From Hydrolagus affinis (lineage: Eukaryota), in NCBI GenBank assembly GCA_012026655.1, contig JAAILG010001668.1, positions 1 to 63,250 on the forward strand: a stretch of DNA of 63,250 nt, read 5' to 3'. Numbering within the stretch: the first letter of the stretch is position 1; each line of letters starts with the position of its first letter. The position numbers were made by a program, and so were the translations under genes. Shown in pieces: positions 1 through 12,913 of this stretch. The notes under the pieces are model-generated. The model was not told the origin of the DNA and ran no database searches. It saw nothing but the letters and a program-made list of their open reading frames with translations.

Positions 1-1739
1 TACATTTATAGAGCGCCTTTCACGTCGGGAGGACGTCCCAAGGCGCTGCACAGGGGGAGTGTGACCCGAGCTGGGAGGGGAGTGTTTGGGCGGGGGTGAA
101 ACACGAAGGGGAGGTCGAAAAATTCGGGGGGGAACAAAAGGCACAAAAAAAAAGGCACAAAAAAAAAGGAACAAAAATTTACAGAAGTTGTTCAATGTTA
201 TCCATTAGATGGAAGTGCCTTCCCTGGTTTTGCACCAGAACAAAAACCTTTTAGAGCAAAATGATCCAGAAATGTAGCATTGATGGAAAACAAAACAATT
301 ATGTTATGCTATTGACCTTCCAATGTACTCACTAATAATCAAGGCCTAACCTCTTAATATATTTAATATAATATTTGACAAGCAATCAGATGTGAAACGC
401 TGAGCTTGGGTTTACAAAATAATGTAACTGAATACATAATATATTTAAATCTACATTTTTAAAAATAAAATATAGCAGATTCTATGATTCTCTGTCTGCT
501 AATAGGTACAAACTAAAACATACAAAGTTTAATCTTAAAAATAACTATTGGATAGACAATAAATCAGATGTTTGGCTAAATATACCAGTACTGTATTGTA
601 TATTGTTCCGAGTATGGCAACCTTGAAGATGAAAAGACAGACATTTTATTGCAAAACTGTTAGCTAAAAAAATTAGACATTTGACCAGTTGAAAAAATAA
701 GATTTTATTTTTTTATAATGGAAAATCTTTGAAGAACATGAATAGATACAGAGTAACACGATACATTTCTCTACGCTCAGTGACAGCTCATCATTCTTGC
801 TTTGGATAATACAGTATTTGCAAAAAATTGAGATGTGTAAACAGCACAGAATGCCAGGAGATTGTTTTCAATATCATGTCAAAACATGGCTGTGTTTCAC
901 AGAGTGTTTCTGCAAAGTGCAGTGACTGTGTACTGCAGGCTAATGTGACAACCAAGTTACACACTAAAATGTTACACAAATAACAACAACTTGCACAAAC
1001 AGACATTAAGTGAATGAGTAATGTGACTGGCAACAGTGGACAAGTTGTCTGAGTTACAGCTATATTTAAGAGTTTCTGCCTCTCAAGAGCCTGGAGATAA
1101 AATGTTCACGCAAACCAAAATATAACAGCCAATTGAAGACTTTGTTAAAGTGAGTGAAGATCAGCTTTTATCACTTTTTGTAACACTGAAACATGAGTAT
1201 TTGAATCCCCCGGGGAAGCCGAGCGGTTAGCAACAAAGAGGACCATTCAGAGATTATAGTATCACAGGAGTGAGTGATTTTAGAAAGACATATTCTACCT
1301 GAATGCATAGATATAGAGCCCATTAGTGTGCATAAGAATAATAATAATAATAATAATCCTTGCATTTTGATATAGAGCTTTTCACATCTTCTCAACGTCT
1401 CAATATACTGTACAGTGAATTGACTATTTGTGGGTGAATCGTGGCAGCCAATTGTGCACAGCAGTGTCCCACAAACTGTCGTGGATTGAAATGACCAATT
1501 TTATAATTGTGGTTTTTTTTGAGGGATTATTAATGTAATTGATTGCATCTTACAATAGAGGGTAAGCATGCTGAAAGACGTCTCAAAGTGCTTCACAGGA
1601 AAGGGATTTGCCTATGTATTTATAGGCAGACATACATGGCTGCCTGGTTTTGAACAGCAGTGTCCTACAAACAGCCATGGATTCAAAGGTTGTACAGCTC
1701 ACAAATGGGTCATTTGAGCCATCCAGTAGGGCTAATATT

Positions 1740-2395
1740 TATACTCCACACTGAGTGTCTATTCACGACACCCTCTCTTGTTCCAATATCCCAGCTTTTC
1801 TTCACATCCCTCAGTTTTATTCTCTCTTAACTGTGTCCAAGATTTTCTTGAATGGCTACCTATGTGTATGCTTGAAAACATTTTTGCTCATCTCTGTTCT
1901 GGATCTCCTAGTTCTGATTCTAAAACTATACTCTCTAGTTCTATATCCCAAAGCTACCAGAAATTATCTTTCTTTCCCTATCATCTTATATACAATAGTT
2001 CTAAAATACTCCTCACAGTCTTCTCAGCTCCAAAGAAAAAAAGTTTTCCCAATTTATAAGCCTTTTCCAATAGCTGTGTTTCCTCATTCCAGGCAACATC
2101 CTAGTGAACCTTCACTGTATTCTCTCCATTACCCTAACATCCTTCCTGTAATGAAGAGCTGAAAACTGCACACAAAATGAATGGCCTACGGCTAAGAGTG
2201 GCCTGACCATCTTTTGGACAGACGCAGCAAGACTTCCTTATTCTTACACTGAATTACCTTAGTTATAGACATTGGCAGTTGTGTTTTTTTAATGACTTTA
2301 TGCACCTGGTTTACTGTCTTCAGTGCGCAGTGAATCTGCATTTCAAGATCTCTCTGTTTTTCTACCCTTTTAAGATTTGACCCTTTAAGTTATAA
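1740..2395 (-). mobile_element. Degenerate CR1-type LINE 3' fragment
   Basis: Reverse complement resembles the CR1-like pieces at 25410-25660 and 42320-42730 (gagaaggttcactaggatgttgcctggaatg vs gagaagatttactaagattatacttgggatg vs aggagatttacccaaataataccgggaatg). Confidence 0.55.
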
Positions 2396-2402
2396 GGTAT
2401 AT

Positions 2403-2718
2403 GGAGTCCTGTAGCTCAGTGGTTAGACCACTCACCTTGAAAGTGAGAGACCTGGGTTCAATTACAGGCAGGGCGAAATGTTGGGCAAGTTTCCTTACTT
2501 CACACGCCTGATAATAATCCCTTGACAAAAAAAACGAATAAATTGGTCATTTCAATCCACGACTGTTTGTGGGGACGCTGCTGTGTGCAATTGGCTGCCA
2601 CATTTCGCCCACAAATATACACTCAATTCACTTTACAGTATATTCTGTGAAGCGCTTTGAGACATCTAGAAGACATGAAAAGTGCTATATCAAATGCAAG
2701 GATTATTCTTATTATTAT
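2403..2718 (+). mobile_element. tRNA-derived SINE, full length
   Basis: Head ggagtcctgtagctcagtggttag with A box and B box (gggttcaatt); conserved body; tail atcaaatgcaaggattatt(att)n. Confidence 0.9.
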
Positions 2719-3282
2719 AGGTTCTTCCAATGTTTTCGCTCTTGAGTAAGCCACAGAGACACTATGGGCTAAATAGCTTTCCTCTATGATATGAATTTCA
2801 TTGGTTCTATGGTTGTTATCGTCAGTTACTGTTGTGTGTTAATCTGCCTCAGTTGAAGTGTTCTCACCTCTGTGTCAGAAAGTTGTGGGTTTAAACCCCA
2901 CGTGGAACTCATATAGTCTAAGATGATTCTCCAATATAGTACTGTGGGTGCATTGCATTTTTAGAAGTGTTGTCCTTAAGATCAACTATTAAACCAAGGT
3001 CCTCATCTACCTGTTCAGGTGAGCATTAAAATTGGACTGCCACATTCACTCACAACGTACACAGATCAAAATATACTAATGTTATAACTGTGGCCAGTAT
3101 AAGATATTAGTGTATTAGTTGCTTTAACAAACGTAGATTCCTGTCTAGGTTTTTTCCCTTTAAAGATACCAGGCAGATAATATTTAGAACCAATTACATA
3201 GTTGGGATGTGTCTGTGATGTTTCTTTTAATCGTCCTTGACATTTACAGCTTGTGTTGTCATTCACTACAGAAAGCATTGAT

Positions 3283-3603
3283 TTAGCAATTGCATTTACC
3301 CTGAGCGTGTGATGGTGCTTCTTGGTGATGAATTATTTGATCTGGTGGGAACATCTGTCGATTCAACAGAATATGAGGTTGTATTTTTTTGAGGATTGCA
3401 GTTTTCATTGAGCCAACGAGGAAGAGAGCTTCATCAATCTCAAGTCCCCAGTTCTGAATTTTCTTCAAAGCTTTTACTCCAATACTTGCAGGACCTTCTA
3501 CCATGATTAGATACGTCCTGACCGGGCAATTCAAGCGTTCAGCTTTCGCAAAAAATTTTCTTTGGACTCTCCCCAGTAGTGCCAGAAATTCTCTCATGCA
3601 GAT
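3283..3603 (-). CDS. NT5C1 terminal exon, distal copy (6b), open frame but catalytic DD lost
   Basis: cacaaacAG|[85 protein letters not shown]...CNC-stop; phase 0; could be an alternative exon or a pseudo-exon. Confidence 0.7.
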   Translation of the reverse strand: MCMREFLALLGRVQRKFFAKAERLNCPVRTYLIMVEGPASIGVKALKKIQNWGLEIDEALFLVGSMKTAILKKIQPHILLNRQMFPPDQIIHHQEAPSHAQGKCNC

Positions 3604-5905
3604 CTGTTTGTGAAACAGGTCAATTACATCTTCAGGAACAACTACCATATAACACTTCTTAAAACCTTAAAATGCCTGCTACTTTTGCACTGCGTACTGT
3701 ACTTTAAGAACGCTAGTCACGATCAAATCAATGAACAACGAAAAGGTGTATAAACAGAGTCAGTAAAATCTGCCACTAACGCGATTTGAAAATTCTTCAA
3801 ATTCTTCAAGATGACATTAGAATTATGCCGGCAGTTTCTGCCAATGAATAAGCTGTGTTCCACAGTGCAGGATTCAAATATTATTAGATTTAGAGAGACA
3901 GAAAACTAATCCAATGCGGAATTACATGGGCTACATCAATAGCATATTCCTGCCTGAAATCATTCCTATGTTTAATCATTTATTAGCAATTTATAGTGAA
4001 GCAATAGAAATTGAGTACAAATTTCTGATACTGATTTGGAGCATTTAAAAAAAATTGGACAAACGGGGGATCAGGTGGTACAGGAAAGAACAGAGAATCA
4101 GCATTAGGAGGGATGGCGTCCCAGAGGAACAAACGCCAACATATAAAAGAGGGGGTGATTGGTCTTCTACTGTCTACTGTCTTCCCTCCCCCCACCCTGT
4201 CCCCAGCTCGGGTCTGAAGCAGTGACTGTCCAGCGCCTTGGGACGTCCTCCTGACGTGAAAGGAGTTATATAAGTATCATTTTGTTGTTGTTGTTGTTAG
4301 GTGTTGGAATCCAGAAAATACTCAATAGTTATTTCACTATTAATAATATTAATCTAATTACGAAAAAGAAACAATCAAGTAACATCATAACAATAAGAAA
4401 TCCCAGAAGATTATTCGAGATATGACTCACGATAATCAGAAATGTGTCAAATTAAATTATAATGAGTGTTATTGAGCTCCTCGTGGTGCTCTGCTCAAAA
4501 TAATCAGAATCCTTGCATTTGATATAGTGTCTTATGTTGTCGAGACATCTTAAAGTACTTCATACTATATACTGTAAAGTAGATTAACTGCATTTTGTGG
4601 GAAAAATGCACGCAGCAAAATGGCTACAATTATTTATTTGTACAGTACTTAAAAATTTACTTTACACTTTTAAGAACCGATGAAGCACTGGCTTCACAAT
4701 CAACAAATTCATTGTCAAAAGCCTTATTTTTTAATGTAGAGATAAAAGGTTTTACAAAATACAAAGCTCTGTAATATAGAATTCAGGAAAATATCCCTAC
4801 CTCCTCCCTCCCCAATTCAACAACCTGTTATTAAATCTTTACCAACTTGCCTGCTCCCTCCCTTCAGTATGCAATGGCCTGCTCCATGCCTCCCTCCCTG
4901 TCCACCCCACCATTGGTGGTTGGGTTGTCATGCTCTCTGACTCCACCATCTGGAACTCCATCCTGGAGTCCCTCCACATTACCCCCTCCTTTCTCCTTTG
5001 CCTCCTTCAAGGCCTGTCTCAAACATCTTCCTCTTTGACCTTCAATCATTCTATATCAATACATATCTCTGGAATTTCCTTGTCTAGGTGGAATGCATGA
5101 AATTCTCCAGTTGGTTTGGATACTGTTTAGCACGGTGATGGGTTTCCACGTGTGTCAGACTCCTGGCTGATCAAAACTAAAGGGATGTAATAGGCATCAA
5201 GCTTGGGGTAATATTACCGCAAGATTTGGGGGTCTAATTTTCAGCTTTTCTTAACAGAATTGATTCTTTATTAAGAACTTCCTTTTGATATGTGGAAATT
5301 CTGCTCCAGATGTAAATTATGTTGCGGTGGAGTTCCTGTGGATGTGGTAACCTACAAAAATAATAATAATAATTCTTGTATTTGATATAGCGCCTTATCA
5401 TGTCTTCGAGATGTCTCAAAGCACTACACAGAACATATTGTAAAGTGAATTGACTGCATATTTTGTGGGTGAAATTCTGTTATCGGAAATAATTCCCATT
5501 TAATTGAGTCAGGTTCCTTACTAAAAAAAACACTGTTATTAAACAGTCTAAATGTGATCATTTTGTGCTTTTCACTGGTTCATCTCTTGCCTTGTCAGTA
5601 TTGCAGCACAATTGAGAGAATCAGCAATTTTTAAAGCCGGATGAATTGGTGAAACTCCCTCTGGTTCAATTCTATCTTTCTGAAGTGGAGTCTATGGAAA
5701 TCCTTCCCTCAACTCCTCAGTCTTGCCCCCTCTGTATCCATCTTCAAATCCTATCTTAAAACCTATCACTTCAAAGACTCAGACCTTTGGTCATCTCCCC
5801 CTTCCTCATTTTCCTCCTTCCCTTGCTATCCTTTGCTGCCATTGTAAAGTGCTCTGACTTTAATTACATGAAGGATGCACAAATTCTTATTGTTCTTATA
5901 ATGCA

Positions 5906-6500
5906 ACAGCAACAAAATTACACTTGCATAGCGCCTTTCACATCAGGAGGACGTCCCAAGGTGCTGGACAGTCTGTGCTGAGAATGGGGCCAAGGAGGGT
6001 GGAGGGAAAGGGGTGGATTTGGGGTGACCAATGTAACTGTCAAACAGGAGGGTTGTGAGGTGGGACTTGATAGAGGGCAGGGAGGGGGTGAGGCGGAGAG
6101 ACTGCGCAGAGTGCCTGAAGGCTCTCCTGCCAATGGTGGGGTGCGTGGGTCGGGGGACGTGGAGCAGACTGGAGACTGCTGAGTGGAGGGGGTGGGCAGG
6201 TTGGTAGGGGCTTAGAAGGTCACAGGTGTAGGGTGGGCGAGGCCATGGAGGGCTTTGAATGTGAGGACCAGGATCTTGAATTGGATCCTCTGGGTCAGGT
6301 GAGGATGGGGAAGATGGGGTCATATAAATCGAATATATAAATCAAAGTTGTCGTCGTTGTTGTCACGAAGCTTGGAACCATAGAGGACATGGGACGCAGA
6401 GTTCTGGATTATCTGCAACCTTTGGAGGGAGGAATTGGGAAAGCCGACAAGCAGGGCATTGGCGTAGTCAAGCCAGGATGCATCTGCCGCAGTGTGCATG
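5906..6500 (-). mobile_element. L2 LINE 3' fragment(s)
   Basis: Tail motif (+ strand) caaaattacacttgcatagcgcctttcacatcaggaggacgtcccaagg; frame reads TIGRRAFRHSA, typical of the L2 ORF2 end. Confidence 0.8.
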
Positions 6501-7353
6501 ATGGAGAATGTGAAGTAGAGGAGCTGAGGGAGGCTGTGGGATGAACCAGCAGGTATAGGAGTTGGGGCAGTTGGAGGGAGAAGTAGGGTTGATCGTGACT
6601 AGTGGAGGGTTGGGGACAGGGACGGGAGCATATTAGGGAAGCAGCTCAGGTCGATTGCATGGATACTTGCAGATTTCTCCTTGAGTCTCTGAATTATCAA
6701 ATGTATCCCCTGAATATTGGATCAAAGCTTATTTTCACTAAAATTAATTTTAGGAGTTTACCATTCCATTCAATCAAGTCCATCGCTTGTATACAGTTCC
6801 AATACATGGCCAGAGTCTTTTATAATAATAATAATACTCCTTGCATTGATATATTGGGAAAGTATTATTGGAGTATATTTCCCCAATGAAATTCCCTTTC
6901 CTTCAATATTTGAGTAGAAAATAATTTTCCATTGTAGCAATATTTTTTTTGCCAGCATTTTGCAATCATTTATTAAATAGTAACATTAACAATCTGACTT
7001 TACCATGACACTCAGCCTAGATTGGTGAATATTGTCAAGGTTATTACACTTGTGGCATGAGCAATGTTATGCTCTTCCTACCCTCTTCTACTACAGTAGA
7101 TAACATCTGTCATTAGGATGACATGTATTCAAAGCTCCCCCTGGGGATATAATTTAAGACTACTAAGAACTTAAAACAAACACTGTTATCTTATTCCACG
7201 ACACAACAATACAAACATTCATTGGTGTGCTTTGCTATAGTTAAAGGTCAAGTTCTTCTAAATCCCATTCACACAGATGATGTGTGTATATTAATGTAAC
7301 TTAAAATCTCTCAAAGCACTATGGAAGTGTGGGACTGGTCTTTATTGTATAAT

Positions 7354-7905
7354 TCAGGCATTGTATATCTTTGGTAGTTTAAAGTCATATGCATTGAAGC
7401 GGAGGATGTACAAAGATTGTGGCAGCAGAGACAAGTAAAGGCTTAAAAGAGATTGAAGACTTGGTAAAGAAAGGCCCAAGAAAAAAACAAGGAAGGATTG
7501 ATAGGCAAGAACCTTACAAAGGGTGAAGTTGTAAGATGCATGTGTATGTATGTGTGTATATTGCAAAGGTGTTGATAATGAGAATGTGTAAAATATTCTT
7601 AGCAATCATGGAATAGAGACCTTCAAGTTATAGAGTTCCATGTCATGGTTATCTTCAGAGATCAATGGCAGCCAACCCTAGAGGACTCAGTGTAACAATG
7701 TGAAGTTTATTCCCAAATTAGTAATTTAAAGAGAACAACAGGACTAATCCATCTTTGGAAAACATTGGTGTTTGACATAAATACCAATTCATCAATGAAC
7801 GAGCAGATTCACCAAAAATGCTTAAAACTACACATCTAGTGAAGATTATTGTAGGTTGTGGCAATAATTCCAAATGGCTCTGTGAACAATGTCTGTGAGA
7901 ATGAG
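7354..7905 (-). pseudogene. Dynein heavy chain fossil: C-terminal domain
   Basis: WYLCQTPMFSKDGLVLLFSLNY ~ [20 protein letters not shown]; HGTLxLEGLY ~ GVYVHGLFLEG; LPQSLYILR ~ PQDHWILRGVA; position at the end of the series. Confidence 0.45.
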
Positions 7906-8240
7906 AATAATAATAATAATAATCCTTGCATTTTGATATAGCGCTTTTCACATCTTATTGACGTCTCAAAGCGCTTCATAGAATGTACTGTAAAATGAAT
8001 TGACTGTATATTTGTGGGCGAAACACGGCAGTCAATTGCGCACAGAGAGCAGTGTCCCACAAACAGTTATGGATTGAAATTACCAATTTTATTTTATTAT
8101 TGTGGTTTTTTTTAAGGGATTATTATTAGACGTGTGGAGTAAGGAAACTAGCCCAAGGTTTACCCCTGATCTGCCTGGATTCGAACACAGGTCTCACACT
8201 TGTAAGGCAAGTGCTCTAACCACTGAGCCACAGGAGCTCC
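7906..8240 (-). mobile_element. tRNA-derived SINE, full length, inserted in the dynein fossil
   Basis: Reverse complement of the same SINE consensus, from (aat)n tail to ggagctcc head. Confidence 0.9.
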
Positions 8241-9450
8241 ACAACCAGAAGAAATGTGTGCAGGGCAATCTGATCTGTGTTGCATCCAATCCATATTTGT
8301 TTTGATATTAAGAGTACATTAGAGCAGAAGTGGTGAGCTACATGTATTTATACATTGTGAAAAATCCAGTTATAATATGGTAATAATAGGCTTATCATCA
8401 TATCATGGGCATCGCAAACATTTTTTATATTCATGTATCACAAGTTTATATTTTCACACTCATTTTCACCTTTTGTTTCAAAATCCATATGTGTTCTTTG
8501 CTCTTAACAGGTGTGGAGACAGTTTAGTGAAGGCTAGTCTTCTTACCTTTAATGTTACTACCACAGGCACAGAGAATGTGCCATATCACCAAAGTGTAAC
8601 CAACCCTAGCATTGGGGCTGTGTAAAAGGTTCACCACTGTTTCAACCCCCATGATGAAACAATTGTGGCAAAATCATATACTCTGAGTTAGAAGCATAGC
8701 TTTCCTTGCTTGCACATTGGTGGACTACAACCTTACAAATTACAAAATTCAATAGGAGATTCAGAAAGTGATAGTATGGGTTCTGTCAGCTGTAACTTGT
8801 GCCTGGATGAAACCTGCTTTCTGTTCATAATCTTGTTGCTTTGAACATTGTCTTTTGTACTATGTAAACAATGATATCGTGGTTCATCTTTGTTTATGTG
8901 ATTTCTAATAGCTAATAACACCCAGGCCTGAACACTTCCAGAAATATAGAAATGAAGCTCTGATGAATCATGGCCACCAACACTAGCAGAATCGTCTTGA
9001 TTCGAAATCCAGCTACAATTGTGGGTCATATGAACTACTCCCTCGTTCTGTTCTAGTAGACATGACCCACTGGAGAGTAGGAAAGCCATTGGCAGAGATG
9101 CTGGTCGCGTCCTTCCCATGTTATTATCCCATCTTCATCTGGCACGGCCGATAACACAATGCTCCATTGCTTCCCAAAGAAAATCAGCTTGTGAAAACGG
9201 CTAACAACATCATGTTTATTGTCCCACTCCATGAAGAATTCCTCATTTCCTCAAGTCAGATCTACAAATGTCACTCATTTTAGTATTCGCCAACACAATA
9301 ATGCATGCAATGATCTTGCTTTGACCAAAACCCTGTTCACACCTTTTCATGACTTTACATGGGAAACATGACTATAATTTCATTGCTTTGTCAACTAACT
9401 CTTCATGGAAAGTGTCTTGTCTGCTGCTTAACTCTTGCCACCGGGTGACT
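8240..9450 (-). pseudogene. Dynein heavy chain fossil: AAA6 and lid
   Basis: RFHKLIFF ~ FQKLLVL; LPMAFLLSSGS ~ TPLIFILSPGVD; SASVGGHD...QAWVLL ~ SISLGQGQ...GHWVLLQN; SSRHKLQLTEP ~ QNSVKITNEPP; KYGLDATQI ~ FGLHPNADI. Confidence 0.65.
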
Positions 9451-11132
9451 ATTAGCTGTAAAATTTCATTCAAATTCGGAGTATATAATGGATCAGTTGG
9501 TAGAACACTTGCCTTTGAATCGAAAGGTTGAGGGTTTAAGCCACCAAATAGGAATTTGAACTCACATAGTCTAGACAGACTCTTCAGTCAAGTGCTGAGA
9601 GTGTGCTGTATTGTTGAAGGCCCTTCTTTGAACTGAGAGATGTGTCTGCCTGTCCAGGTGAACATTGAAAATCCCATAGTAATATTTTGAAAAGAAAAGG
9701 GCATTTCTACCAGTGCCCTGGCCAATTGGACAGAACAAATATCATTCATTTCATGGCTTTGGGACATTGCTAGAGGAAAATTAATTGCTGTGTTTTCCTA
9801 CAAATATACACTAATTACACCTTACAGAAGCCAAAATATTGAGTCTTTTCAACATGATAATACATATGCAATGATAATTATACCACTGTCCAAATTAATT
9901 TCATGAATGGTGATAATGGAGCTGTCTCCTCAATATTTATAAACTTGTGTATCGGTTGATTCAGTGGAAGCACTATTACCTCTGTGTCAGAAGGTTGTGG
10001 GTTCAAGCCCCACATTGGAACTTGGAATCATATAATTTAAGTCTGTGGGAAGCAGTTCAAGAAGCAGTTCGGGAACTTTGTTGCGTTGAGGTACTTTCCT
10101 TCAGATAAGAGGTCGGACGGTCTGTTCAGGTGGATATTAAAGATACCATGGCATTATTTGAAAATAGAAGGGAGTTTCTCCCAGTGTCCAAGCCAACAAT
10201 CAGCTAAATAAAATTGTCCATGGCTGTTTGTGGGTCATTGGTTGCACAACTGGTTGCCGCACTTCGTTCACAAACTACACAGTCAATCCACTTTACATAA
10301 TAAATCCTATGAAGTATTTTGAGATGTCTCGAGGTGCTGTACCAAAATGTAAGGATTATTTTTGTTATTATTATTTGTGATTTTACATGAGCTATTGCTG
10401 ATTCTTGAAAGGAACTGAGAATCTGAAGAGAAAGCAATGCGTCATCTGTTGGAAAATGTAACATTATCAGTTGGTTGAAAATCTGATCTTATTTCAGAGA
10501 CATGTAATGCATCCAAAAATGTGCAATTCTTTGGAGGTGGAAATAATTCATAGAATAATTGATTGGAGTCCAGCCCTGTCACAGTGTAGTGCTTCAACAC
10601 ACTATTCTGCATGAAGGGTATTATATAAACACAAGTTGTTGTTGAGAATAAAATACGAGCAAAATCAATATTTTTAAAAATGTTATTGTTGTAACATTGG
10701 GCAAAAAAAAATCTTTTTGAATGAAACATTTCCATTGATTTAATGTTTTATCTACAGATTTATAAATATATGTAATATTCAATACTTCAGATTCATCAGA
10801 TGTACAAAAACCAAACCATCATAAAAACAAAGGCGCTACACAAAATGCAAGGATTATTATTATTACCAATGGTGAAAATAAAATTAGCTTTACATTTTGG
10901 ATAAATTTTAGGCTTGAAGCACATTTTTAATGGAAAAACAATGATGTGAAATCTGGTGCCAATCAGAAGTTCATGAACAGATAATGCTGGCTTGTTTGCT
11001 TTTTCCATTAAAAGTTACAGGCAAAGAGAAATGATTCATAATAAAACACCACGCTACAAAATCATCTAGTTAAATCCCTTTAATTCTCCTTGATGTATAC
11101 AACAAGCATCCTTAAGCAGTTTCAAAAGAAAT

Positions 11133-11435
11133 TTAATGCTTCTTGTATGCTGTAATGGATCCCGATTGAGTTGTTGAATGAAGTGATTGATCATCAAAGA
11201 AAATATGAGGGCGAATTTTATCTATGATCAGTAGTTTTGGTGTACCGTAAAGAACAAAGGCTTCATCCACCTCAAGGCCCCAGCCGCGAATTATCTTCAA
11301 AGCTTTTGCTCCATTAGTCCCACCGTATTTTGCCATGATCAAGTATATTCGGATTGGGCAATCCATACGTTCATTTTTGGCAAAGAACTTTTTCTGGAGT
11401 TTGCCGAGAGCTTCCAAAAATCCTACGAGAGGGGC
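11133..11435 (-). CDS. NT5C1 gene B terminal exon, proximal copy (6a)
   Basis: cacaaacAG|[83 protein letters not shown]...AYKKH-stop; phase 0 fits exon 5; open frame. Confidence 0.85.
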   Translation of the reverse strand, partial: APLVGFLEALGKLQKKFFAKNERMDCPIRIYLIMAKYGGTNGAKALKIIRGWGLEVDEAFVLYGTPKLLIIDKIRPHIFFDDQSLHSTTQSGSITAYKKH

Positions 11436-12913
11436 CTGTTTGTGAAACAGGATGCATTACAACTTCAGAAACAACTGGCGTTCAATACAGTACTTCCAAA
11501 ACCTAAAATCACAGACTTAAGTTAATTTCTGCTAATTTCATACTCTGTCACTTTAGGTAACCAGCACAATAGTTAGGTTAAAGGACCTGAGTCTCATTTC
11601 CCCTTCATCTTTTGTGTGTTGTGCTTGCCTTCTTTTAGGTGACCCATACAAATAATCCTTGCATTTGATATAGCGCCTTATCACATCTTCTAGACTTCTC
11701 AAAGCACTTCACAGAATATACTGTAAAGTGAATTGACTGCATATTTTGTGGGCGAAAGGCAGCAGACAATTGCGCAGCAGACAGTGTCCCACAAACAGTC
11801 GTGGATGGACTGACCACATTTTTTTCTTTGAGGGATTATTAACTCTGGACCCATTGCTCAAATACTTCCACAGCCAGAATTCCCAAGCTTTTTCTTGGCC
11901 ACAGTGCTAATCTGCCATCAGCGCTTAGTATTTGCACAATAATTGCAGGGTTGTCATATCTTCCCATACTTCCTCTATTCTTTATGCATCTCAACTCCAA
12001 TCAGCATCTCTCCTGACTGATCTGGAGAGATGGCCATGGAAGGATTATCAAATGAATGGTGTAGAAAGACTTCTTTCCTTTACAGTGTGTTTCCAATCAC
12101 CCATTGCTCCCAAGGCACCCACTTTCCTGCAGAAATATACAGAATGATACGAGAACCACAAGCATTCAACATTCCCACCTTTTGAACTCCCACTTGTGTT
12201 AGAGAATGGTTGATGAGTTGATCATTTATACGTTTGGAATCTCAAGCAATTCACTAGATAACTGGGCTGGTGAGATTTGGAGGCATTTATTTTAATATAA
12301 AAGTTTAAACATAATATAAAGAGGTAACAACAAACCTACTCTTTTGAAACTTACTGCAAACAGAAGCAGTTCTTATTGTATAGTATAGTTATCAATGCCC
12401 TACATACTTTTGGAGCAACTAAGTTCCAAAAATGACCTGGAAACACAAAATCTTTTTCAAAATTTGTTAACTGAACCAAATCTTAACTGAACCAATTAAA
12501 GAACCCAAATCTGTATTTTTTTTAATCTTTACTCACTCTCAAAGCTCACTGTGGCAGATCAGCGCATTTCAACAGCTTTTTTATTTTAATCCGAACATAG
12601 GATTTCTCTAACAGTACGAAAGAAACTCTGCCAACAGTATTCCTTCCATTCAGTGACAGATAAACAAATGTGGGAAAGTACAGCTTTGAAAAGTGAAACT
12701 GATATAACGAGGACAATTCTTATTCATAAGGATTCTAAATGCTCCAATGGCAATGTAACATAATAGAAATTGAAAAGTAAACTTAAAAGAAAAAAAATCA
12801 CAAAACATTTCAGTGAACAGAACATCATATTGACAGATTCCCAGCATCTGTAGTATTTTGTGCTTTGATCATATTGACAAATATTGACAGATCAGAGTCA
12901 GTAGCTCTGAAAC

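Noticed and set aside
180-1330. Non-repetitive AT-rich stretch that might be a decayed exon
   Set aside because: No family motif or convincing splice structure recognised; needs BLASTX.
2403-2480. tRNA-like sequences (also 21560-21636, 22857-22930, 57891-57960)
   Set aside because: They are SINE heads that continue into the SINE body and tail; no complete cloverleaf.
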